In this document: positions 52,747 through 64,000 of the stretch, in pieces
How the letters are laid out: each line of letters starts with the position of its first letter
How positions within the stretch are numbered: the first letter of the stretch is position 1
NCBI GenBank assembly: GCA_964016885.1
Contig: OZ024741.1
Coordinates: 299,646,001 to 299,710,000 of the forward strand
DNA from: Eledone cirrhosa
Taxonomy: Eukaryota
Length of the DNA: 64,000 nt
Reading direction: 5' to 3'
The notes under the pieces: generated by a model
Seen by the model: the letters and a program-made list of their open reading frames with translations, nothing else
What the model was told of the DNA's origin: nothing
Database searches by the model: none
Translations under genes and position numbers: made by a program

Positions 52747-55074
52747 ACATTGTGTGTATGGGTGTGTGTGTGTGTATAGGTGTGGAAGTGCGTGTATGTG
52801 TGCGTCTGCAAATGTTCGGTAAAATTCTATTGAAATGAGTACAGAACACGGCGAAATTTGTAAACAATTCTCATTTTTTTTATTATAGCGAATGAATCTG
52901 CACATATTCGTCTTCAAAACACGGACAATTTCAATTAAAGTGCTTCGTGATAGGATACGTTTCGATTTTTTTCTTCCAGAAATTCAACATTAAACGATCA
53001 TTCGTAATACATTTAGATGGTTCAATATTTTAAACGACACTGTTTCATTAGAACTGGCATGACTATCGTTTGTTCCTTCTGAAGATTAAAGTTCTTGGTT
53101 TACATGTATTCTAGTTGACTAAATTAAATATAAAATATAAAAATATTTTATGATTTATCAATGAAATATAAAAAGAAACTGATATAACTTCAAAATTGTT
53201 GGAAGACAACCACGTGTCTAAAACAATGTTAATTTCAAAAATATTTGCTATCAAATTAATTTGAATATATGTAAAACTATTTCTGTAATTTTGGGTATCT
53301 TAGAATTTAAAATGCCTATGTATTTTATTTTAATACATTTAAAATATTTTCTATATATTCAGTTTTAAACAACTTAACACAATTTCTGTGAAGTTAGGTT
53401 TTAATATCTGACACAATCTGTGGTGATGTATATTCTGGGAAAACATAATGTATGTAGTATTTAAAAATAAAATACGATCTAAATTATTTTCAAATTTATT
53501 CCGGCTATTTTCTGTACGCAGATTTTTCGTATATTATTAAAATGCACAAAATAATATGTTGGTATACTATAAATATATTTGAATACAACAGTGATTTCAC
53601 ACTTATATTAAAGAATGCATCGAAACAAAACAAATTAATCTCTGTAGCATAAAACGTAGATAAAACTGTTCTATCTTACAAGTATGCTCCTATGTAGTCA
53701 TTTCACTTCTAGAACTGCAGCAAATTCTTATTCCCATCAAATCCTAGAATATGAAAAAATGGAACTACGAGGATAATTTATAGTTGCTGGACGGATAATT
53801 TATAGTTGCTGGACGGATAATTTACAGTTCCGACGGATTTTCCATTACCATGATACTGAGAAAAGCCTGCAAGTGAAATTGATGCTATGTCACTTAGCCA
53901 TCCAGAGGCATATGTGCTTTTTACTTCATGGAGATTTAGCGTGACAAATATGTTACAAAACAGTCCCATTTTTTGCCAACTGAATGGACTGGAACAACAT
54001 GAATTAAAACGTCATACTCATGGACACAGGTCACCATAAGCCTTCACTTTGTATAATGTAATACTAAATACACTCCGTGAGAATAGGAAGACAGAGTGTC
54101 AGAATTTGATTGAAAGATTGTGATAATAAGTTTCCTCTTGTCGGAATGGTTTTCGTCTGAACAGCAGATAAAGCAGACGATATGTTGCGAACGGTTGCTT
54201 CTGACAGGATCCGCTTGAAGAAGTGTTTCCGGACTCTGCCCCAACGACCCTCTCAGGACTAAGTGGGTGAAGAAGAAGATTTGTTTAAAAAAACTGATTC
54301 GAGTGTTTAAGCCCTTGACATGATTGTATAATATTTAGAAATATTTCTTTTAAAATTATTTGTAATCTAATTGAAGAAAGTTCCCATCAAATATAAGACT
54401 TAGTCAAGACTATATGATTTCATGGATATTTGATTAAGGTCACTATGCAATTTCATGTTTTCAAGTTCAATTCAACTGCACAGCATCATGGTCAAATAAT
54501 TTTTACCTCACCCACAAGTCGACCGTAAATTAGTGGGTGAAATGTTTTAGACGGAAAATGTGTGGAAGCTCGTCAGGTGGTCATAAATCATTTGGGGTGG
54601 CAGACCAAAATACGCCTCACTTTTAACATCACCACATGAAATCTGAATGCATGCAGTGGAGTCAACGTTGGTGTACGCATTAATGAAAGATATATGGTAT
54701 AAACATAAAAATGACATCCCTTGTTACCATCAGTCTCAGAAGCCTTGCATATGGACATGGGTTTTTCTCCATCCTGGATTACACACTTCCACCCCCAGAA
54801 AAAAGTCTAGTAGTCTTGCTTTAATGTTTTATCAGTCAATTTAGTCAATTTAGTACGTTTGTGGCAACAGATGTAATTGTGCTGCAAAATAATCTGACAC
54901 TGGTAGTACAGTCATTTGGATTTGTTTGTTTGCATTCACATTTATATAATAAATGTCGGGTTCTCTGTATCAAAATCTTTTTATCTTGAATGAGCAATCA
55001 ACGAACTTTTTCTACTGTTTTAATTTTATTATCTTCTTCTTCTTGTTCTTCTTTTTCGTCGTTTTCTCGGCAGA

Positions 55075-55248
55075 TAGTTAACGCCCTTTATGTTCTGAGT
55101 CCAAATCCCGCCGGTGTTAGCTTTTCCTTTCATTCTTACCGGGTCGACAAATTAGAGTATCATTAATGCACCTGGGTCGATTTAATCAACATTCCCCCTC
55201 CCCCAAAATTGCTGCCCGTGTGTCTATAGTATTAACAGTTATTATTAT
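55075..55248 (+). mobile_element. SINE, long variant, diverged
   Basis: Core plus the CCCCTCCCCAAAATTGCTG segment. Confidence 0.75.
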
Positions 55249-55499
55249 TCTTGTTGTTGTTGTTATTGCTAACGTGATAAATCGCTCTCTAAGCTTTTCT
55301 ATTTCTACACTGTTACTCAACCTATCATATTCAATTTTAATGACTCTTTCGTAGTTAATCTAAGCAGTATCTTTGTGAGCTTGTTAGTGCAACTTGACCA
55401 GTAACTATTAGGAGCTAAAGTTCTGTTTTTTCTTTTTAAATATGGCTCTCAATTGTCTGCTAAATGGAAGTTGGCGGACAAAAGCTTTGCATTTATTAA

Positions 55500-57040
55500 A
55501 CAGAATGGTGGGTTGTCCATAGAGTGGAACAGTAAACAACCTGAAAGCAATGACAATAGCAACAGCAAAGAAAAAAACAAGTAACAGAAACAACAACGAC
55601 AGCAATCAAAACATAGCATATGCAGTAACCGCAAATGAAATGGACTTTCCCACACTTCCAATGTTTACCACTGTGAACGAAGCAGGCCTACCCCAACTAC
55701 CTCAAACACCAAGGCACAAATTGAAACGAAAAACAACATTTTAACTAACTCAGGCAACAGCGACAACTGATATGGTAATTTGAACAGCAATAACAATAAC
55801 AAAGCTAAAACAATAATAACAATAACAAACACAACAACAACAGCAACATAAAAAATAACAACAACACTTTTGTAGGAACGGTTGTTAAAGCTATTCCAAT
55901 CTTCAATTCGGAAACTTTGAACAAATACATCTGTTTGGGACGAGCGGCTAAAAGAATTTAAGGAATCCAAACAGAGCTGGATATCTGATAGATACTGGCC
56001 GGCGTAGATCTTGAGGGGAGCACACCCTAATCGAGGTGAAGAGGATTAAAAGAGAAAATTGTTTAGGATGAGTGTGAAGATCCCAGAACATTATTCACAT
56101 GCCCGATGGAGTAGAACTCTGCGTTAGTGTTGAAGGGAAAATGCCTCATTGCAGTCTTTGTGGGTTGACGGGCTATCTGAGAACTTTCTAAGTCCAATCT
56201 AAGGCAGGGATCCACATGCACCCTCAGCGGCCAACACTACGGTCTCAAGAACCACAATGAAAAGAAGAAGAAGAAGGAGAAGAAGAAGAAGAAGAAGAAG
56301 AAGAAGAAGAAGAAGAAGAAGAAGAAGATGAAGAAAAACAACAACAACAACAACTGCAGCATCAATAACAAGTGGAGCAGCAGCAACGACAGCACCAAGA
56401 CTAACAACATCAGCAATAGCAGCAACTAAAACACTTCCACCACCAACAACGACAGACTCCAATAAAAACCGCCCGGGTCGTACGTCAGAAAAAAGCTCTC
56501 CTTCTCCATCACTCTCTCCCCGTCTCTTCTAAACACAAACACACTTCCACTAACATCCAAATGTTACAACAGGACCTTCTTATATCGACGTAAAGATGAG
56601 GAGAGAACTACAGTAACAAAAACAAAAGAGATATGAAAATACAAGACAAAAACATCTGGTATCACATACACACTCAGCATTATAATGCAGACACCTCACA
56701 CATAACAAACACAATCACATGCCAATTATAAAGGACAACCAATAGATCATAGCCCTCATAGCACCATGCAAAGGGATTGAGAGAGAGGGATAGATCTTTG
56801 CCACACGCAACTTCAATGATCCACAGACACTAAATCATGGAGCGAATGGCACTTCAAACCTATAAAAACGTTAGGCTGAGCCACGCATATGACACGGGAA
56901 CAACTATTGCAAAAGCCACACGCATGCTCCCCACCAAATATGGACGTCATACTACCCAATCTCCAACAGCACTCCGGAGGATTGAAGCCTCGATCTCTTT
57001 TTTAAAATGGACTACCCAGTTAACATGGTTAATACAAGAG
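55500..57040 (+). mobile_element. Decayed LINE ORF1-like region with a (GAA)n/(CAA)n tract
   Basis: VSVEGKMPHCSLCGLTGYLR zinc-knuckle-like remnant; ACA-rich low complexity similar to 62831-63700. Confidence 0.4.
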
Positions 57041-57051
57041 TAGGATGCATA

Positions 57052-60000
57052 CATTATCTTTTCTACTGTTGTCAGGAAGATAGGTCGCTTGCTGAACGAT
57101 CACAGGTCAATAGATATCGATGTGACTGCCGCCAGCGAGATCACTATTTATGTATGTATTGTGCAGCTCTGTCATGCCTGTTTAGGTATTCGGTTAGAGC
57201 TATAGGACTTCACATTGAAATTATATGATCAATGGACTCCGGTTGTTTTTTACATACACGGCATAATGGGTTGCGTCCATTTTTTATTATGTAGGCTTCG
57301 AAATTTTTTGTTAGCAGACACTGATCTTGTGCTGATAAAATCAGTCCTTCAGTTTCCGATTTCAGTCCAGAGGATGCCAACCACTGATGGGTTAAAGTTT
57401 TGTCAACATCAGGATGGTTAGCTCTTTCTGGGTATTTTTCATACAGAGGCTTTTCTTGCCATTTCTTAGCCAGTTTCTGTAGCAGTTCTTTCTTTGCAGT
57501 TACTTTTACCTGCTTTACTTTTTCTGTGTTTTTCATTTCAGCAGTAAATGGAACTTGTGAGATTTGTAGTCCATTACTGTATATTTGTGCATCTTTTGTA
57601 ATGAAGTATGATCTTTTGATGCTTTCGTGTTTCAAAATGAGTTCGATGATCCAATCATATGTTTCCCTTAGATATGTAGATAATCCAATTGTTGCAGTTT
57701 TCAACGCAATATCTAACTGGATTAACCCACGTCCTCCTTCTTTTCTAGGGAGATATATTCTATCTGTATCTGCCTGAGGGTGATGCATTCTGTGCATGGT
57801 CAAGAATTTTCTAATTTTTGTATCGAGCCTACGGATCTCTGTGCTTTACAAGTTGATGACATTGTAACTATAAATTACTACTGGTATGGCAAGCGTGTTT
57901 ATGGCATCGATCCTATTCCTTGCATTCAATTTTCGTTCTTAAGATTGCTCTTACTCTGCGGTAACATTCCTTCCTTATCCTTTCCCTCATTGTCGAGTGC
58001 TTGATTCCGCGTCCTTCACAAACACCTAGATATTTGTAAGTTTCCTCTTGATCAAGTTCTCTTATTACATTCCCACGATCAAGATTAATGTCTGAACTTT
58101 TCAGCAGTTCTCTTCTGGTGAACGGTTCTTTGGCACATTTATCTAGTCCAAACCCATTTTAATGTCATCACTGAACTGCTTCACAGTGGATGACCTGAAA
58201 CTATTTGCAAAAAGTGAAGCCCTTGCAATTGTTCATCATTTTTTGCAAATAGTTTCAGGTCATCCATGTAGAACAAGTGATTAATGGTTTTATCATAGAC
58301 TTTATATCCATGTTTTGTTTCATTGAGCATTTTACCTAATGGTATAAGTGCGATGCAGAATAAAAGCGGTGATAAAGAGTCACCCTGAAAAATTCCACAA
58401 TTAATATTAACTTCTCCAGCTTCCAGTAATTTTTTTCACTATTCAAAAGTAATGTCGTTTTCTATGTCCTCATACTGAATGACAGGAACCTCCTGACAAC
58501 GGGAGATATTTTGAAAATCTCTAAACATTTTTCAAACCAACTGTGTGGCAAACTATCGAATGCTTTTATATAATCTATCCAAGCAATTGATAGATTTTTG
58601 TGTCTATTATGACAATCTTCCAGTATCATTTTGTTAACCAAAAACTGATCTTTACTGCCATATGAGCCTCGTTTACACCCTTTCTGCTCATTGGGAAATA
58701 GATAATTTGTTATCAGGTGGTCATATGTATATTCAGTTAGGACTGATGTTAACATTTTATACATTGTGGTCAAGCAAGTTATCGGTCTGTAATTTTTGGG
58801 ATTGTTTGTCTCATCATTCTTCGGAAGTAGGAATGTAATGCCGTTAACTAGCCATGATGGTATCTTTTCTGTCTCCTTAACTATTTCATAGTAAAGTTGG
58901 GCTAACAGCTCATGAGACTCTGTGAAGGCACTTATCCAAAGATTTTGTATTTTGTATTTTCCTGGGAGTTTCCATTTGGTGGTTTTTCTAAGAGCCAAAC
59001 GCAATTGTTCAACTGTTATATTTTCCCATGTTTGTTCCTCAAGGTGAGCTGTTTCTTTCATTCGTCTGTCTATCTATGAGGCATGTTTATTATGAACTTT
59101 TACTTCGGTCCAGATCTTTTACCCAGAATTCTTGCACTTCCTCCTTGGATGGTATTGATTTAGCAGTTATTGTTGACTTGCCAATTTTTCTGTAGAAGTT
59201 TCTTTGGTTGTTTTTGAACATATTATTGTCCTTATAGAATCTAGATCGTTTTTCAAAGCGCCTTATACGAGCAGCTTTGGCCGACACTTTTTACTTGATT
59301 ATTTCTATCAGCATGTCTATGTCGCTTGTTGATTTTATACTTTATTTTCTTTTCAATTTTCTAAGTTTAGTTTGTTTAACATGTTCACCTACTTTGTAGT
59401 TTGTTAAAATTTCTATGTCAGATCGGAGAAGGTTTATTTGGCGATTGATGTTCTCTTGCCTAGTAGATTTCTTGTGGGAATTCCTTTGTCTTTTTCATTT
59501 TCACTCCACATAAGTGAATGGTGACTTTAGCCGATGCATAATAGAGATGATTTAGATAAGTAATGTTTAGTTTTGTTTGTGATGATAATGTTTTTGAGAA
59601 TTATGTTAGTCTTGTGTATTATCTTTTGGTTCTGTTTGGAGTTCTGGATCTTAGGGAGGGTGTCTCATTCCCCCATTTCAGATTCTTTCATTTTCATCCA
59701 TTCGATCATAATTTTATTCTTCAAGTTGGCAAGTACATTTTCATTCATTTCTTTATCATTTATGATCTCATTGTTTTCATTTTGAGTTTCATCTTGAGCA
59801 TGCACTCCCTCCACTTTTTCGATCCTTTCTTGAATGTATTCTGCTGCCAGTGATTCCGCCCCAACCCGGGAATGTTACAATTTACCTCGTTTTCACTGAC
59901 ACATGTTTCATTTTCCCTTCGCTGACTTTGTGCTAATAGCTTGATCTGATCAATATCAGTTAGTAACTTATTTTAATCAATAATTCTTCGTATATTGGCT

Positions 60001-60530
60001 AGTTTGTTACTGTCAATATAACCTCTGTTTTTGGGATGTTTCTTTTCCAGTTGACATATGTCTATTCTGTATTCGATCTATTTGATGGGTAGTACATGGC
60101 CGTATAGAAAGCCTCAAGTACTTCTTTATTGTCTTAACTTGACCATTTTTCTCTCTTTTACTTTGGATTTCTTGGTGGTGAGCATGGAGGGCCAACAGTA
60201 GGAGTATTCCAGTTAGTGGATGTCTCCAGCTCCGAAATGATGGGAAGGTGTGAACCGTTAGCTGATTTTTTTACCCCAATCTGGTTCCTCTCTGAGGGAC
60301 GTGGCCCTTTTTGACCCTGGTGACGGCCGCTCCGGTATGAGATTTTATCATTTGACATTTACTTTATTTTGTCGCGTTTTATCCTTAACCGCCAAGCGGT
60401 AATCATTTCGGGTTACCACTTCTAGGGCGAGTATTAACCAAGACTAGAGGAGTCGTCCTCCCTTAGAGACACGGCTATTCCCTGCCGGCCGCCATCCCGG
60501 TATTTCTAGGTCACGGGTTTTCTTTTTTTG
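57052..60530 (-). mobile_element. Near full-length decayed R4/Dong-clade LINE
   Basis: PKNYRPITCL, EQKGC, WIDYIKAFDSLPH, GIFQGDSLSPLLF, HLFYMDDLKLFAK, YKYLG, RIYLPRKEGGRGL, LKSETEGLILSAQDQ, CRVC....ESIDHI; many frameshifts. Confidence 0.92.
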
Positions 60531-60840
60531 TTGTTTTTTAAATTGTTATTATCATGAGTGGTTCCTTAATGTGAGCATTGCGTGTCTTAAGAATGAAATC
60601 ATTAATAATATAATATACTTTTTGTTGAAGTTGCCTGTTGTTGTTGGCTATGTCGGTGGTGGTGCTGGGCATGTTTGTAGTGTTGGTGAGGAAGGGGGGA
60701 GCCAGCAGTGCCATAGTCGTTGACGTTTGACCGGGTCACTAAGTCAGTCTATTTATATCTTTTGCTAGCCTCTCCCTTGTCTAGTGATACCGCCACCTTC
60801 CCCTTTCTTAACTTAACAGAAGGTAGTGGGGGAATAGTGG

Positions 60841-60952
60841 TGGTAGCAATGACGGAGTGGTGGCGGCTGTGATGGGATAGTGGTAGCAATGACGGAGTGG
60901 TGGCGGCGGTGATGGGATAGTGGTAGCAATGATGGAGTGGTGGCGGCGGTGA
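60841..60952. repeat. 40-bp minisatellite, about 2.8 copies
   Basis: Unit TGGTAGCAATGACGGAGTGGTGGCGGCKGTGATGGGATAG. Confidence 0.9.
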
Positions 60953-61546
60953 ATAGTGATGGCGTTGTCGTTACTGAGTTCTGTTGAATAGACTGTAGTA
61001 GTATACGTTTGTTTGATCTGTATATCTATGCGGGTTGTCGCGTATGTTTAATATATGTATTCACATATTTCCTTTATATTTGAATTAAACATTTTGAGAA
61101 AACTTGAGATACAATAATAGTAATTATTATTATTTTGTGGCATTGGTTGTGGTGGTGGTGAAATTGCCGTTATCTGGCTGTTGTATTTAGTGTACACAGA
61201 GGGGTGATGGGTAGGTGGTGTATCTAGGTTGTTGTTGTGGTGAACTTGCTGTTATTTGGCTGTTTTATATAGTGTAGACAGAGGGGGTTTCCTTCCATTT
61301 ATAACCATTTTCTTTTTTGAATATAAAATTTAAAATACAGCATTTAATATTTGAGCGATATAACAGGATATTATGCGGCTCATTTCCTGAGAGCTGAGCT
61401 TGGTCCTTTATGTCCCACTTGTCCTAAGAATTGTTATATCATAATTGTTTTAAATATGTTAAAAATCAAAAACTTACGGGAGCGATTCCATAACACTCTA
61501 TCCACCATGTGGGTCTTCTTCCCTTCTTTTCTATTATTATTATTTC

Positions 61547-61735
61547 GGTGGATTGGCAGTATCGGTAGAGGGTCGGACGCCATGGTTTCCAGCATAGTTT
61601 CGTCCCTTTACGGTCTGAGTTCGAATCCTGCCGAAGTTAACTTTGCCTTTCATCCTTAGGGGGTCGATAAAATAAAGTACCAGTAATGTACTGGGTAATT
61701 GATGACCTTGTGCCAAAAGTAGAAACAATTATTAT
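61547..61735 (+). mobile_element. SINE
   Basis: Matches the family consensus; (ATT)n flanks. Confidence 0.9.
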
Positions 61736-61767
61736 TTCTATTATTATTATTTCCTATTATTATTATT

Positions 61768-62592
61768 CTTTGAGTCTCAGTCATTGATGTTAGTTAACTG
61801 GAAAGTTTGTTGAAATGAATATCAAGCCACTAGCTGCAGCCACAGATATTCAGGATGTATCGGAGGGTTGTTGCTGTTCGCAGCAAGCATGCCTTTTGAA
61901 GCGTTCCAAAAAGCGTGGCAGGGCCAATTTTCTTTAACCATCCCTGGTAACCTTTTCGGATAGTACCTAGTGCGCCTATGACAATCGGGACCACTTTGAC
62001 TTCATGGCAGTTCCAAATCCTTTTTACCTCCCACTTTAAGTCCTGGTATCGGTTAATTTTCTCCATCTCCTTCTCTTGCACTCTCGTGTCGAATGGGCAG
62101 GCCACATCCACAATCAGGCACGATCTTTTTTCTTTGTCCAAAACCACCAGGTCAGGTCTATTGTGTTCCAGTTTCTTGTCCGTCTGTATCCTAATATCCC
62201 ACAACACCTTCACCTGATCGTTTTCTATCACCGACTCTGGCTTATGCTCATACCACTTCTCAGAATGTGGTAAATTGTTTACTTTGCATAGGTGCCAGTG
62301 GATCACCCTGCCCATCACATCATGTCTACAGCCCTGATAGTGAATCTGGGCAAGGTGTTTACACTCGGATACAATGTGAGCCACAGTCTCCTCTCTCTCT
62401 CCACAGATCCTGCACAGTGGGCTAGCCTCCTCCTTGTAAATATGGTGTTTTAACCACTTCGTTTTGAGGGCCTGCTCTTGCGCACCCATTAACATTCCTT
62501 CTGTAGCCTTTTTAAGGTCTCCTCTTTTCAATCAGTTCCATGTCTGTGGATCTCTGAATTCAGTTTTCTGAAAGAAGGTACTATGAAGGGAT
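61768..62592 (-). mobile_element. 5'-truncated R4/Dong LINE (CCHC knuckle + RLE) inserted in (TAA)n
   Basis: ORF 61830-62531: LKKATEGMLMGAQEQAL, CRICGEREETVAHIVSEC, RHD, HNRPDLVV, IVDVACPFD, VVPIVIGALG; (TTA)n on both sides. Confidence 0.93.
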
Positions 62593-62830
62593 TATTATTA
62601 TTATTATTATTATTATTGGCGATCTACGTAGTAAATCGTATCATCGTGAGCTCCGCAAAGGTTTGTTATTTCCGTTTGTTAAAAATTGTCATTTATGGAA
62701 ACAATTTTTATTGTTAACTATATATAAGAGCACATACATTGTTTTCCGAAAAGGACACCCAAAAAGATTGGGGCCGTATGCCCAAAATTTAAACATTTAT
62801 GATTATCAAAAAATTTCTTTGAAAAAGAAA

Positions 62831-63700
62831 ATGGATAATTCACCTCTGCACCAAGCAGCTGAGAGCCTTCCTCACAAATTAACACCTCACACCGACACCA
62901 CCATTGTAAATGTTACTACGTTTGCCAACACTAAAAAAAATATAAGCAGTAGCAATATTTTAAATTTGTCTCAGGCAGACATTCATTTCCAGCCATTACC
63001 AATGACTGCAGGTGTTAAAGCCGCCACCATAACCACCACCGCGACAACCACCACCCCTACCACCACGGCGACAACAGAAACAAAAGGAAAAAATAAATTA
63101 ACTCGTGATGTCGAAATGTTTTCAACCAAAATGGACTCATCCACACCGAACACCACTGAAGTCATCACCACCACAACTGAAACTAAAATTAATAATAACA
63201 AAAATAACGATAACAACAACAGCCATAGTGACATTAAAAAAACCACCCTAAGTTTTGCCAGAGTAGCAAAACAGTGCGAAGCATTTACGGTAACTCAGGA
63301 GGAATTAGAAAATGCCAAAAAAATGGTAAAGAAAGATGGGTACAGGGTCAGCCTCCCCCCCCCCACACACACACCTAATAAAATGGAGAATCGGCGCCTA
63401 TGCACCGTGTCGTATCGAACAATTAATGTAAAATCGCGCCGAGTGGAACGGGCATCCGAGTCCCAAATCCAAAAAGCTTTGGGACATGTGTGGGCAAGAA
63501 CAACCCACATCAGACGTGGGCAGAAGTATGGAACCGTGGACGTGTTCTTTGAAACACCACAGGAGGCTAGAGAACACTCCATGGCCTCATTAAGAAGTGA
63601 CGACTTCACACTCGTCCCAAGCTATTGGGGCCAGAGACTCGTAAAGATCAGGGTCACCCACGTTCCACCGGCCATCGACATTCCCTGGCTAATAGCGGCC
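62831..63700 (+). CDS. LINE ORF1-like protein (L1/Tx1-type, RRM-like), 3'-truncated
   Basis: Thr/Asn-rich N-terminus, SFARVAK motif, GTVDVFF, YWGQRLVKIRVTHVPPAI; the reading frame runs into an antisense Dong fragment. Confidence 0.5.
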
Positions 63701-63714
63701 GAAATGGTTCAAAA

Positions 63715-64000
63715 GAAGTCTCCTCTTTTGAACCATTTCCATGTCTGTGGATCTCTGAATTCAGTTATCTCAAAGAAGGTATTCTGACGGGATTTTTCAT
63801 GAAGGCTGCTCTTTCTCCTTTTTCTTATTTCCTCCTTGGACATCCCCTGGTCTATTATCCTCTCCTTCAGTACCATTCTGAGCATTGGCTCCTTACTATC
63901 AGGCAGGTTGTTTCTCTCAATCTGAACACAGTCCTCTATGCTGATAAGACCTCTTCCACCTTCAGATCTCCTTAAGTAGAGTCTATCGACACCACTCTTC
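63715..64000 (-). mobile_element. R4/Dong LINE fragment
   Basis: 63717-63793 resembles 62517-62593; continues to the window edge. Confidence 0.75.

Overview
This is AT-rich, microsatellite-dense animal DNA with no host gene or exon I can support. The dominant tRNA-headed SINE with a Nin/Deu-type core suggests a cephalopod such as octopus, which is an inference. The recognisable features are mobile DNA. There are about 20 copies of one SINE family and four Penelope-like retroelement (PLE) copies; three retain a GIY-YIG domain with a CxCx5C linker (Naiad-like). Also present are R4/Dong, CRE-like, RTE-like and L1/Tx1-ORF1-like LINE remnants and two Helitrons. Most ORFs in the supplied track are microsatellite or antisense artefacts. 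The main hidden signal is RNA-level: reading both strands by eye gives more than 20 type I hammerhead ribozyme (HHR) motifs, intact or decayed. They lie in PLE 3' ends, in nearly every long fold-back, in small elements between (TA)n tracts and inside both Helitrons. The best case is a nearly identical 3 x 591-bp head-to-tail array (46488-48268) with one HHR per unit. Its core carries a compensatory U3-A8 pair (UUGAUAA), making it a candidate retrozyme-like or circular-RNA-producing non-autonomous retroelement. All ribozyme calls come from manual base-pairing and are untested.
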